This document shows, one piece after another, positions 11,775 through 23,832 of a stretch of DNA of 32,406 nt. The DNA comes from Octopus bimaculoides. Lineage: Eukaryota. The notes beneath the pieces were generated by a model that saw only the letters and a program-made list of their open reading frames with translations, did not search any database and had not been told where the DNA came from. The translations under genes were made by a program, and so were the position numbers. The stretch is from positions 37,906,334 to 37,938,739 of the forward strand of contig NC_068990.1 of NCBI RefSeq assembly GCF_001194135.2, read 5' to 3'. The first letter of the stretch is position 1, and each line of letters starts with the position of its first letter.

Positions 11775-12403
11775 TGTATATGTGTGTCAGTGTTTGTGTG
11801 TGTGTGTATGTATGTGCATACAAATTCATACCCATGTATTTATCAGCATGCTTATTTAAGCATGTTGAATATACATATCTCCACACACACACACACACAC
11901 ACACATGCAAATATACATGCACACACACATGCAAAAAGATCACAACGTATGTTGCAGTTCTAGTTGGCGTCATTTCGGCATGATTCATTGCATATATCAG
12001 TATGCCACCTTTTCCAAAGTGTCTCTCTGCAGAAATCCCAAGACTCAACCAGAACAAGAAATACAAGTAAAAGTGAATCACATCAAAAACAAAATCAAAT
12101 AAAATTAAGCAGAGTGATGCCGCATGAAGTCCATTGAAATGGTCAATAACTGAAATATAGAAAACAACAACAACAAAAACAACTGCAACCGCTACAATAG
12201 CAACTAAAAATGCAATAACAAACTATAGTGATATTAAAACAGTAACAGCAACAGCAAATGAAAATGACCAGTAATATAGGGAAAACACAAACAATGCCAT
12301 CTGGTGGTAGTTTGTTGTTGCTTTTGTTATAGGTCGTTCAATTGTTTTAAGGTCCATAAAGGTTGAATGAACAATGAAGTAATAAAGTTTCAAAAGTAAG
12401 TGC

Positions 12404-12443
<40 letters not shown>

Positions 12444-12674
12444 TGTATGTNNNNNNNNNNTGTATGTGTGTGTGTGTGTGCGTATATGTGTGTGCATGAG
12501 TATATGCATGTCAGTGTGCATGAATGTTATATATATAAATCTATAATATATATAAATATTTATACGTATACATATTTATATATATATATACATATACATA
12601 TATGTATATATATATATATACATATACACATATGTATATATATACATATACATATATGTATATGTATATATGTA

Positions 12675-12744
<70 letters not shown>

Positions 12745-12816
12745 TGTGTGTATGTATGTGTATATACATATTTATATATATTTTTACATATATATATGTA
12801 TGTATGTATGTATATA

Positions 12817-13263
12817 GGTGCAGGAGTGGCTGTGTGGTCAGTAGCTTGTTTGCCAGTCACATGGTTTTGAGTTCAGTCCCATTGTGTGGCACATTGGGCA
12901 AGTGTCTTCTACTATAGCCTCATGCTAACCAAAGCCTTGTGAGTGGATTCGGTAGACAGAAACTGAAAGAAGCTTGTTATATATATATATATGTGTGTGT
13001 GTGTATGCGTGTGTGTGTGTTTGCGTGTGTGTGCATGTATATGTATATGCTTGTGTGTCTGTGTTTGTCCCCACCACCACCACCACCACCACTTGACAAT
13101 TGGTGTTGGTGTGTTTATGTCCTTGTATCTTAGCAGTTCAGCAAAAGAGGCTGTTAGAATGAGACTAGGCTTACAAAGAATAAGTCTTGGGCTCAGTTTG
13201 TTTGACTAAAAAGGCAGTGCTCCAGCATGGTTGAACTCAAATGACTGATGCAAATAAAAGAAA
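12817..13263 (+). mobile_element. SINE family A, full length with internal (AT)/(GT) microsatellite
   Basis: GGTGCAGGAGTGGCTGTGTGG (A box) ... GTTCAGTCCC (B box) ... GTGAGTGGATTCGGTAGACAGAAACTGAAAGAAGC ... CTCCAGCATGG...ATGACTGA...AAAAG tail. It is collinear with the copies at 16278 and 25139. Confidence 0.9.
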
Positions 13264-13384
13264 GAATATATATAAATATTCATGTGCAGTATATGAAATA
13301 CCTATGTATGTAATTTTAATATACATATATATAATATACTTATAATATAATATAATATCATTATCATCATTATATATATATATA

Positions 13385-13448
<64 letters not shown>

Positions 13449-13593
13449 CACATACATATATACATACATATATATATTCACTCGCACATTTAGACATAGA
13501 GAACTAGTGTCATAAGTGTGATATTTAATACAAATTTACGAAACCATACCCAGTCACACACTAAGACACAATGGCAATCTGGGAATCGAAAAG

Positions 13594-13638
<45 letters not shown>

Positions 13639-13697
13639 NNNNNNNNNNNNNNNNNNNNNNNNNNNNNNNNNNNNNNNNNNNNNNNNNNNNNNNNNNN

Positions 13698-13758
<61 letters not shown>

Positions 13759-13884
13759 CATACATATTTATCGTATCCATACATACATATGTGTAAATAT
13801 AAGTCATTTTGGGTATCTATGTGTACCTGAGTGTGTATGACTGTGGTGGTTGTTTAAATGAAGAGGTGTAAATTTAATCCCCAG

Positions 13885-13933
13885 GTGTGTTGTGGATAGA
13901 ACATTTTTTCTCCTCAAACCATCAATATTTATG
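13885..13933 (+). CDS. Candidate internal coding exon (49 nt, phase 1-2): (G)VLWIEHFFSSNHQYL
   Basis: Acceptor aatttaatccccag|, donor ATG|GTGAGT. It joins in frame to 10498-10581 (G+GT=Gly) and to 14532-14587 (TG+G=Trp). Confidence 0.4.
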
Positions 13934-14280
13934 GTGAGTTTAACTTTGATATATTGTACTAATGCTCTTTCTTTATAAATAATTACAATGATTCTGCTGG
14001 AGTTTTTATTTATCTCTAAGTGTTTTAGTGTAGGTTTGGCTATGTTTAACACACACACATACACACACACGCACACACGTACACATACATCTCTACACAA
14101 TAATGTGAATAAAAGCAATATTAATCAAAAGAGATATCAATGATATTTGGAAACTGTCTCTCTCTGTGTATATATGTGTGTATATATATATTTATATATA
14201 TATCTATATATATATATATATATAAGTATGTATATACATACATACATATATATATATATGTATGTATATGCATATGCATA

Positions 14281-14371
<91 letters not shown>

Positions 14372-14531
14372 GCAGATGTATATGCACATATATATATTTG
14401 TATGTACAGATGCAGCAGTGTATGTACATGTGTTGGTATTAACCATCTTTTCTTTGCTGTGATTTAGTTTTCTAATCACATATGTCCCCAGTGATGCTAC
14501 TGTTCTTCAAGTACTCTTGAACTTGCTGTAG

Positions 14532-14587
14532 GGTGGAAGTCTCCAATGATATCATTGTTGAAGCATTAGAAATAAGTTTGTCAAAGA
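14532..14587 (+). CDS. Candidate internal coding exon (56 nt, phase 2-1): (W)VEVSNDIIVEALEISLSK
   Basis: Acceptor ctcttgaacttgctgtag|, weaker donor AGA|GTAACA, an open frame with protein-like composition, and phase-compatible with the preceding candidate exon. Confidence 0.3.
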
Positions 14588-14825
14588 GTAACAAAAATAC
14601 ATTTCTCATACTTTTCAAGAAGAGAGTACACATCTGTTTAATCCCTTGACTGTCTTGAAATAGAAGATAATTTTGCCTTAGATTACAACTTACTTTGTAA
14701 TAAAATATGAGATACACTGGTTTATATCTTTCTTGATATTTTAAGTATTAAAAAGAATGAGAAAATCATGGATAACATTTGAATATTGGTCAGTTGGTTT
14801 AGGATAGATTTTGAGTCAAAACAAA

Positions 14826-15684
14826 TACAAGGTTATATCAAAGAATTCCTATTTATTTACCTAAGTTCAACATTATCTCCTTCGAAATAGCCACCTTGTG
14901 CAGCAATACACTGGTCCCAGCATTCCTACCATTCATGGAATCCAGTCTGGAAGCTGTTTTCTGTGAGTTGAGAACCCTTTGTGGTTCGCTCTTAATCTTA
15001 ACAACAGTATTAAAATGGTGACCTTTGAGCTGCATTTTCATCTTGGGAATAGATGGAAGTCTGCAGGGGCTAAATCTGATGAATAGAATAGGTACTGAAG
15101 CAATACCATGTTGTTTTTGGTGAGAAACTCATGAGTGAGGAAGGTCGGTGACAGGGTGCATTGTTTTTGTGAAAATTCCAGAAGTTCAAATTGCCTGCAC
15201 AGACCAATAACATCAGCAATATCCTTGATTATCCTCTGATGAGAAGGATATAAATTTTCTCCATGTTTCCAGGGGTGATGCTCATAGCAGGTCTTCCAGA
15301 TCGTTCATCGAGTTCCAGGGATGTTGTTCCACTTTTGAAGTGCCCATGCCATTTGAAACATTGCATACAGCCCAGTGCCTCACCACTGTAAGCTCGCTAA
15401 AGCATACTTAATGTCCCTGTAGCAGACTTCCCAAATTTAATGCAAAATTACACATTGACGCTTGGTTCCAACTTTCCATTCATAATAAAAGTCATAGACT
15501 ACAACATAGACATGATCACAAAAGCAAAAATTTAAAAACTTGCAAAGTAATCACAGCACACTGTGTCACTCTGAACACTGCCTCTTGAAGGTCACTGCTA
15601 GCTTGCACTGTGCACACAACTGTGTACTGGCATTTGTTGATGTTCTACAGAACTAGCCTGAGAACTTTTTGATATCACCTTGTA
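14826..15684 (-). mobile_element. Internally deleted mariner (Tc1/mariner, D,D34D-type) element with both TIRs and TA target duplication
   Basis: TIRs TA|CAAGGTTATATCAAAGAATTC and TA|CAAGGTGATATCAAAAAGTTC (reverse complement of the right end). From ATG at 15483 the minus strand gives MNGKLEPSVNV*FCIKFGKSATGTLSML*RAYSGEALGCMQCFKWHGHFKSGTTSLELDERSGRP (mariner HTH region). It then jumps to NAPCHR..LTHEFLTKNNM..YSSDLAPADFHLF/KMKMQLKGHHF..QCIAAQGGYFEGDN (YSPDLAP motif and C-terminus). Stops and frameshifts are present. Confidence 0.92.
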
Positions 15685-15904
15685 ACGTCAAGACTAAAGT
15701 ATACAGTACAACCATCCATCACTCACAAGCGAATTAGGTATGGTAGCATGCATCATACTTTTAGGTTCCTCTGAGTCTTAAGTAAATATGCTCTGTTGGT
15801 CTTCCCACACTTTGACCAAATGGACCTTCAATAACTTGATAGCTGGGCAGGAAGAGGGATGTAAAAGCGTTGGGGTTAGCACTCATTTGCTGCAGAGTAT
15901 TTGG

Positions 15905-16030
15905 GAGGAGTGTGAAATGAAGTGTTTTGCTCATAGATACAACATATCATTCACTTCAGGAATTGAAACCATTAACTTAAGCTTGTGATTACAAGCCAAA
16001 CATCGTAACCACTAGGCTACATCGCTTCAC
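15905..16030 (-). mobile_element. tRNA-derived SINE family C, 5' head
   Basis: The reverse complement reads GTGAAGCGATGTAGCCTAGTGGTTACG...GGTTTCAATTCC...GTTGTATCTATGAGCAAAACACTTCATTTC, matching the + copy at 29907-30010. Confidence 0.7.
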
Positions 16031-16277
16031 ATCAAGGCAAGACTATATGGGTGCTTAAACTGAAAGAAATAGCAGACAAATTTTCATCAAGAATTGCCCT
16101 ACTGTCTCTGTGAAGAAAGGACACATTAAATAAGATAGTTATCAAAAGGAGTGTCAGTCATGGAGTGAGGAATAGAATATTTTGTCATGGGTGGATCGTC
16201 AATTGTGTAAACACTAATTACAAACAAACAATACAAGTTTAAATTTTCTTTGCAATTTAGTTAAAATAAAAATCACT

Positions 16278-16672
16278 GGTGCAAGTATGGCTGTGTGGTA
16301 AGAAGTTTGCTTTCCAACTACATGGTTCCAGGTTCATTCTCACCATATGGCACCTTCATCTAGTTTCTTCTACTATAGCATTCAGCTGACCAAAGCCTTG
16401 TGAGTGGATATGGTAGATGGAAACTGAAAGAAGCCCTTTATATCTCTGTATATCTATATGTGTGTGTCTTTGTGTTTGTCCCCCACCATGGCTTGAAAAC
16501 CGGTGTTGGTTTGTTTACATACCTGTAACTTATTGATTCAGCAAAGACACTGATGGAATAAATACCAGGTTTACAAAGCAAAAATAGATACTGGAGCTGA
16601 TGAGTTTGACTAAAATTCCTCAAGGTGATGCCCCAGCATGGCCATATTCTAATAACTGAAACAGGTTAAAAA
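16278..16672 (+). mobile_element. SINE family A, near full length
   Basis: GGTGCAAGTATGGCTGTGTGGTAAGAAG...CAGGTTCATTCTC...GTGAGTGGATATGGTAGATGGAAACTGAAAGAAGCCC...CCAGCATGGCC; collinear with 12817-13263. Confidence 0.9.
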
Positions 16673-16969
16673 ACGAAAAGGTGGAATATAAGTTCCAACT
16701 GAATGTAATGTATTCATAACTAGGTGGACTGGGTCATTAGCAGTTGAGGTGTCATTTGGTTGGTGGGTGGGTGGGGTCACAGAAATGTGGTGATGACATA
16801 TTATGAATGGACACCTCATTGGTAGGCAGTCAGCTAGTACGTCAGCACAATCAGAAATGGGATGCAACACACATGTATATATAAATAGACACATCATGCA
16901 TGTGCATACGCATATATGTATGCATATACAAATATTTATGCATATACATGAGTGTTTGCATAAATACAT

Positions 16970-17036
<67 letters not shown>

Positions 17037-17353
17037 TACATACATTATGTTATTGTATACATATAAATACACACTTTTATATCTGTGAACACATATGCAA
17101 TCATATATATATATGTATATCTATATAAATATGTATGTGTTTATATAGAGAATTATGTGAGTATATATACATACATACAGACACATACACACACATATAT
17201 ATATATAAAGGTATATATATACATATATATTTATATACATTTATGTATATATACATATATGTGTATATATGTATATATATAGATATATATATATATGTAC
17301 GTATATATATATGTGTGTGTATATATATATATGTTTGTTTGTTTGCTGTACAG

Positions 17354-17407
17354 TGATCTGTGGACATTTTGGATCCAGTCACACAAACTTTAAAGGATTA
17401 TTCAATC
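17354..17407 (+). CDS. Weak candidate symmetric exon (54 nt, phase 1-1): xICGHFGSSHTNFKGLFN
   Basis: Acceptor tttgtttgtttgctgtacag|, weak donor ATC|GTAATA. It is the only open frame in a non-repetitive island between microsatellites. Confidence 0.2.
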
Positions 17408-18410
17408 GTAATACATATATAAATGCAGATATAAATACCCCTAACAAACACCTTTTTATATGCATGTACAATCATATAATTTTTGTCTTACTACTGAATA
17501 TGTATGTACAAGTGAATGTGAACATATACATTCGTATATTTGTGGTGTGTATTTTGCTGGTAATTACTTTTGTGCATAATTGTATACATACATACATATA
17601 TACATGTATACACACACGTACATCTCTCTCTCTCCCTTTCTCTCTCTTAAACATATATTTATATGTACGTGTGCATATCTGTGTGTGTGTGTGTATATAT
17701 ACATACATATATATATATGTTTGTGTATGCATGTATATATACATGTGTCTGTATATATANNNNNNNNNNNNNNNNNNNNNNNNNNNNNNNNNNNNNNNNN
17801 NNNNNNNNNNNNNNNNNNNNNNNNNNNNNNNNNNNNNNNNNNNNNNNNNNNNNNNNNNNNNNNNNNNNNNNNNNNNNNNNNNNNNNNNNNNNNNNNNNNN
17901 NNNNNNNNNNNNNNNNNNNNNNNNNNNNNNNNNNNNNNNNNNNNNNNNNNNNNNNNNNNNNNNNNNNNNNNNNNNNNNNNNNNNNNNNNNNNNNNNNNNN
18001 NNNNNNNNNNNNNNNNNNNNNNNNNNNNNNNNNNNNNNNNNNNNNNNNNNNNNNNNNNNNNNNNNNNNNNNNNNATACATATATACTCATACATATATAC
18101 TCATACATATATATACATACGTATATATAAATATATATATATGTATATATATAAATATATATATATATGTATATGTGTATATATATACCTCTATATATAT
18201 ATACATATACATACATACATATACATACATACATACATACACACACACATATATATATATATATACACACATATACATACATACTTAGCAAGTATCAGTG
18301 AGTAAACATGTGTATGACAACAGCATTTATTTCCGCTCATTCCGAATGGTCATGTTGATTGGTTGCAGAGGTATAGATGATGGTCTGGTGTTGCTGTTAG
18401 TGGTGATGGT

Positions 18411-18441
<31 letters not shown>

Positions 18442-18880
18442 CTGCTGTCAGTTTGTTCTGTACAGGATCTCAGTCTTACCTCACCCATTTCTCCCTTGCT
18501 TCGCCATATGACATAGCCCCCCCTCCACACATTTTTTTTCTTCCCATCTCCACTCCTCAGCACGTTCTGTCCCATCATTCCATAATGTTATTGTCTAAAT
18601 ACATGATAGACCAAAAACAACATTGATAAGGCAATTATTTACTGCTGTATACAATTGGGTTTGCAGTATGGAACAAGTCCATGTAAAAACATTCTGTTAT
18701 AAAGCCTTTCCACCCACCTCCAAACACTACACACCTAATTATATGCATAATATTTGTATGTTTAGATGTATATATACACACATATATAAATATATGTACA
18801 TACATAACATATGCACACACACGCATGTATACATATGTGTGTGTATGTTGTTGTTATGGGTACATATATACATCCGTATG

Positions 18881-18929
<49 letters not shown>

Positions 18930-19580
18930 GTGCATGTGTATATATAGTTCATTTCTGGTAATCTGATTCCAAACAATGATATATTACTCTATTATATATA
19001 CTTTTCTCTATATCACAGCTAATATCCCTCCTTAATAATGCAATATGTAGCTTTGTTGTTCTACGTGTTATGTATTTCCCTGTATCTTCAAATATATATA
19101 TGTACACACATATAAGTATGTATGTATATATGAAGACATATGCACTTTTATATGTACTCATATGTACATGTATTTTATGAGGTGTGTGCATATTTTCTAT
19201 GCATATGTAGATGTGCAGAGTTATGTGTTTACATTTTTATATGCCACAAATTTGTGCGTGTATATCTGGAAAAATATATGAATTGGTTTTCATTTTTTTT
19301 TTTTGCATATATACCTATACATATTATATATATTATAATAAGAGATGTAATACATATTTTATGTACAGTTATTTACACAAACATATGCACACACATATAA
19401 AACATATATACATGATCATCTGCAGAAGCAGAAAATAAAATATGTATTACGTTGCTTAATGCATTATAGTTATCTTTATTCCTGATTATATTTTAGTATG
19501 TGCATGTGTACCCACACACACACACACTCACACAAACACATATATATACACCTGCGAACACACACATGCATATATATAAA

Positions 19581-19622
<42 letters not shown>

Positions 19623-19642
19623 CATATACATATGTATATATA

Positions 19643-19699
<57 letters not shown>

Positions 19700-20358
19700 A
19701 CTCACACACACACACAAAGTATATTTAGATTTTCCATGCTTATTTTGTCTGGTATTGTTCTATATCATGTTATGTTTTTTTGGTTTGTATATCTAGTAAA
19801 GGCTGAATTGCTGCTGTTCCAGTTGATGATGCCATTGGCATTGCCACACATTTTCACAATTTCACAATTTCTGTCATCTCCTCTTGTGATATTTTAACCC
19901 TTTGTAGTTATAATTGAGTGCTTTTGTTTAATTACTTCTTATCTACTTTCATATTTAAACCAACTTCTGTGTTTCGAATATTTCCTAATCATTAGCACAT
20001 TCTATTGCTACTTTTAACCTTGTGCCTGTACCTCCTGGTGTTTCTTCAGATGTGATTGTATGAAGCCACTAAACAACAAATCAATAATTTGCAAAAATAT
20101 GCCTACTCTTTAAGAATATTGTTTAAGAACAAATCTTACACACTATAATATAATGGTTAAAGGTTTGGATGGTGAAATACTCCAAAGGATTTTGTCAGGA
20201 AAAATATCACAAAAACTGTTAACTAAGAAAACAATATTTTCTAATAACAGCACTTTGAAAATGCATGCACCCACAGCAAACAATAGCAACAACACGTAGA
20301 GAAATGATAATCACCAAATCAACAACACAGCAATTATAATAATGATTGATACATAAGT

Positions 20359-20555
20359 TTAACCTTTTTGAGATGTTCTGTGTTTCTTTCAATTATTTTA
20401 AATATAATAAAGAATTTAGTAAAATGACTTAGTTATCATTCAGCTAGTGTTAGGAACATAAATTGTGACTTAAGTTTGGCAGAAGATTTTAATTCAAAAC
20501 TTATGAAAACAAAACATTTGTATTACAGAGCCAGAGCCGGTATCAAAAGTGTTAA
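20359..20555 (-). mobile_element. piggyBac-like MITE bounded by TTAA
   Basis: Begins TTAA-CCTTTT and ends AAAAGTG-TTAA (degenerate TTAA-CCC...GGG-TTAA ends). The ~197-bp body resembles a common octopus short repeat as recalled from memory, not checked. Confidence 0.55.
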
Positions 20556-20629
20556 GGCCAGCAGTTTGTGGGAGGGCTATCTAGGAGAGTATATAATCAA
20601 TCTGAGAAGGGGGAAAATATTGATATCAG

Positions 20630-20955
20630 CAAGATTTGAACTCAGATCATAATGTGCCAGTACGAATTGAACAAGACATTTTGTCAAACACTTTAATGAT
20701 TTTGCCAATTAACTGCTGTAAGAATCACAAAAGCAATGGTAACAACTGTGTTTAATTTAGGCATAAAGCCAGCAATTTTGAAGGGAAGGTGGTAGTTAAT
20801 GCCATAGACCTCAGTATTTGACTGGTATTTTATTGTATTGATGCCTGAAAGAATGAAAAGCATAGGCGACTTTGGCTGGTTTTGATCTTACAAGGTAAAA
20901 ATGTAGAACAACATGTTCTCTGTTCCTTCAATGATTCTTCCAATCTGTTGCCTTA
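20630..20955 (-). mobile_element. Two degenerate family-B SINE copies
   Basis: GATTTGAACTCAG...TTTTGCCA at 20630-20715 and AGGCATAAAGCCAGCAATTTTG...CTGAAAGAATGAAAAG...TTGCCTT at 20752-20955 align with 23833-24060. Confidence 0.6.
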
Positions 20956-21032
20956 AAGGCGACAAGAAGAAGAAGAAGAACAGCAGCTGCAGCAACGGTA
21001 GCAATGTCAACAACAAGGAAAAATAGCATCAA

Positions 21033-21330
21033 TACTTTACTCTTTTACTTGTTTCAGTCATTTGGCTGCGGCCATGCTGGAGCACCACCTTTAGTCGAGC
21101 AAATCGACCCAAGGACTTATTCTTTGGAAGCCTAGTACTTATTCTATCGGTCNNNNNNNNNNCTTATTCTTTGGAAGCCTAGTACTTATTCTATCGGTCT
21201 CTTTTACCAAACTGCTAAGTTACGGAGACGTAAACACACCAGCATTGGTTGTCAAGTGATGTTGGGGGGACAAACACAGTCAGACACACACACACATATA
21301 TATATATAAATACATATATAGGACGAGCTT
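21033..21330 (-). mobile_element. SINE family A, 3' half (CpG-rich, low-divergence copy)
   Basis: TACTCTTTTACTTGTTTCAGTCATTTGGCTGCGGCCATGCTGGAGCACCACCTTTAGTCGAGCAAATCGACC... is the reverse complement of the family A 3' end at 25430-25572. Confidence 0.9.
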
Positions 21331-21603
21331 AACAGTTTGGCAAAACTGACCAATTGAATAAGTATCATGTTTAAAAAATTAACTACTGGGGTGTCCCAGC
21401 ATGGCTTCAGTTCACTGACTGATACAAGTAAACCATAAAAGATAGGTGCAGGCGTGGCTGTGTGGTAAGAAGCTTGCTTCCCAACCACATGGTTCCAGGT
21501 TCAGTTCCACTGCATGACACTTTGGACAAGTATCTTCTTCTATAGTCTTCAGCCAACTAAAGCCTTGTGAGTGGATTTGGTAGACAGAAACTGAAAGAAG
21601 CCC
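21331..21603 (+). mobile_element. Old family-A 3' end (21331-21443) followed directly by a family-A 5' half (21445-21603)
   Basis: CAGTTTGGCAAAA...GAATAAGTA...CCCAGCATGGC...ACTGACTGATACAAGTAAA, then GGTGCAGGCGTGGCTGTGTGGTAAGAAGCTTGCTTCCCAACC...GAAACTGAAAGAAGCCC. Confidence 0.8.
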
Positions 21604-22334
21604 TCTCTTTCTCCCTCTACCACTCTCTCTCTTCCCTTTACACCGGCATGGTCACATGCTTCCGGTCAATAATCCTTTCCTTCCTTGGCTTTCGCCAAGT
21701 AACACACGCCACCACTTTGTCTCTCTCGGTTCCGTGCCTCATCGCGTTCATACACACATAATTTTTCTCGTCTGGCCGTAAAGCCTTCTGTTTGTTTTCC
21801 TGTCTTGTTTTTTGTCCGCCACTACATTCCTCCATGGCTAGANNNNNNNNNNNNNNNNNNNNNNNNNNNNNNNNNNNNNNNNNNNNNNNNNNNNNNNNNN
21901 NNNNNNNNNNNNNNNNNNNNNNNNNNNNNNNNNNNNNNNNNNNNNNNNNNNNNNNNNNNNNNNNNNNNNNNNNNNNNNNNNNNNNNNNNNNNNNNNNNNN
22001 NNNNNNNNNNNNNNNNNNNNNNNNNNNNNNNNNNNNNNNNNNNNNNNNNNNNNNNNNNNNNNNNNNNNNNNNNNNNNNNNNNNNNNNNNNNNNNNNNNNN
22101 NNNNNNNNNNNNNNNNNNNNNNNNNNNNNNNNNNNNNNNNNNNNNNNNNNNNNNNNNNNNNNNNNNNNNNNNNNNNNNNNNNNNNNNNNNNNNNNNNNNN
22201 NNNNNNNNNNNNNNNNNNNNNNNNNNNNNNNNNNNNNNNNNNNNNNNNNNNNNNNNNNNNNNNNNNNNNNNNNNNNNNNNNNNNNNNNNNNNNNNNNNNN
22301 NNNNNNNNNNNNNNNNNNNNNNNNNNNNNNNNNN

Positions 22335-22382
<48 letters not shown>

Positions 22383-22560
22383 GTAATAAAATATGATAGT
22401 GAAAGAGATAGGTATAACCTGAATAAGAGAGAAAAGGGAAGAAATAGAAATAGAGATAAAGAGAAAAAGTGTTGGAAATGAAATGAAATGAAATGGTGGG
22501 AGGGATATTAATAACTTGAAAGAGAAAGAGAGAGAGAGAGAGAGAGGAGGAGGAGGAGGA
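22335..22560. repeat. (AG)n and purine-rich simple repeats
   Basis: Direct reading: (AG)n at 22335-22379 and 22527-22546, (GGA)n at 22546-22561, (GAAAT)n at ~22476-22495. Confidence 0.95.
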
Positions 22561-22839
22561 GGGAATAAATTATAGTGAAAGTTAATAATATGTAATGGAA
22601 GTTGGGAGGTAGTTACTTGAATGAGAAGTTAATGTTAGAAAAAGAGACAGAAAGAGTTAAGAAAGAAAGAGGAAGTGAGGATGGAAATGAAATTTTGGTA
22701 AAGTGGGGGTGGTGATGTGGGCTAGGTATGAAAACCACCTATTTACGAAATAGTGTTCTCTCTTCCTATCATTGTATTTTATAGGAAATTACATTCCAAG
22801 AATAACAACAAAGTAACATTAAAAAAAGTAAATAAATAT

Positions 22840-23224
22840 TGGCCCAACCCCCTCCTCTCGCCCTTACCTATTTACTCACCTCTCACTACCACTTCATCTC
22901 ATTACCAATAACTTCCTCCTCCTCCTTTTTCTTCTTCTTCTTCTTCTTCTTCTTCTTCTTCTTCTTCTTCTACCTCCTCCTTCTCCTCCTGTGGATTTCC
23001 CCTTCTTCCTCTCATGATACCAAGCAATATCCCAACTCCTTCTCCAGTCATCTCTCACTCTTCCTCTCACTTTCCTTCTCACTCTCTCTCTCTCATCATT
23101 GCTGTCATCATATTCTTACATTGAATGATGCAAAACCACTACCACCATCACCAATACTACAACCACTGTCACCACCACCACCACTGCAATCATTAACTCC
23201 TTTACCACCACTTTACTACTAATG

Positions 23225-23268
<44 letters not shown>

Positions 23269-23830
23269 GCTGCTGCTACTTTCATTATTAACACCATTAC
23301 CACACTACGACGACCACCACCACCCCCTATTATCACCATTACCACTCCTATCATGAGCACTACTGCTACCACTACCACTACCACAAACATCACCACCGAC
23401 ATCACAAACTGCCACGCAAAACATTAACCCCCCACCACCATCACCGCTACAATCATCAGCATCACAACCACTACTTCCAAGACACTTACCAACATCACCA
23501 CCACCACCATGATCATAACCATTGCCACAACCAATAACACTGTACTCAACCACATTGCCGTGACGCCAACTGCCACCATCACTATCACCTGTGCCAGTGC
23601 CATAACCACTACAAGCATCACCTTCATCAGCATCATCTTCACTGTCATCCTCATCATCGTTGCTACTACAACCATTCTGTTAGACATCAACTCCATAACT
23701 ACCACTATTAACACCACAACCATTACGACGATGACGACAGCGAACAACAACAAAAACAACTAAAAAAACAACTGCGTCAACAACAATATCACAACAGGCA
23801 ACATCCCACAACCACCAAGACTTATGCCAC
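22840..23830. repeat. Low-complexity trinucleotide mosaic: (TTC)n, (CTA)n, (CCA/CAT/CAA)-rich
   Basis: (TTC)n at ~22930-22970, (CTA)n at ~23225-23268, and degenerate ACC/ATC/ACA triplets throughout. These account for the stop-free ORFs called on both strands. Confidence 0.9.
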
Positions 23831-23832
23831 AA

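Larger units (their letters stand above)
1250..19720. repeat. Dense (AT)n/(CA)n/(ATAC)n compound microsatellite fields (main ones 1280-1330, 2400-2870, 6560-6720, 6940-7440, 7860-8270, 11040-11145, 11380-11940, 12400-12815, 13310-13800, 14050-14420, 16870-18290, 18750-19720)
   Basis: Read directly from the sequence. These produce the [18 protein letters not shown] ORFs. Confidence 0.95.
1568..22334. other. Assembly gaps (N runs): 1568-1762, 3279-3288, 7059-7402, 8527-9341, 12451-12460, 13639-13697, 17760-18074, 21153-21162, 21843-22334
   Basis: Literal N characters, mostly flanked by microsatellites. Confidence 0.99.

Noticed and set aside
12817-12880. tRNA-like A/B-box heads (also 16278, 21445, 25139, 32263, 23990-24060)
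   Set aside because: They lack a complete cloverleaf and continue into shared SINE bodies, so they are retroposon heads rather than tRNA genes.
21116-21200. 37-bp exact repeat (CTTATTCTTTGGAAGCCTAGTACTTATTCTATCGGTC) across the 10-N gap at 21153-21162
   Set aside because: The same contig-overlap artefact, inside a SINE whose other copies have only one such segment.
1441-22481. Long ORFs in the supplied track that span N-gaps or read [24 protein letters not shown]
   Set aside because: They are artefacts of undefined bases and dinucleotide microsatellites lacking stop codons, with no protein-like composition.
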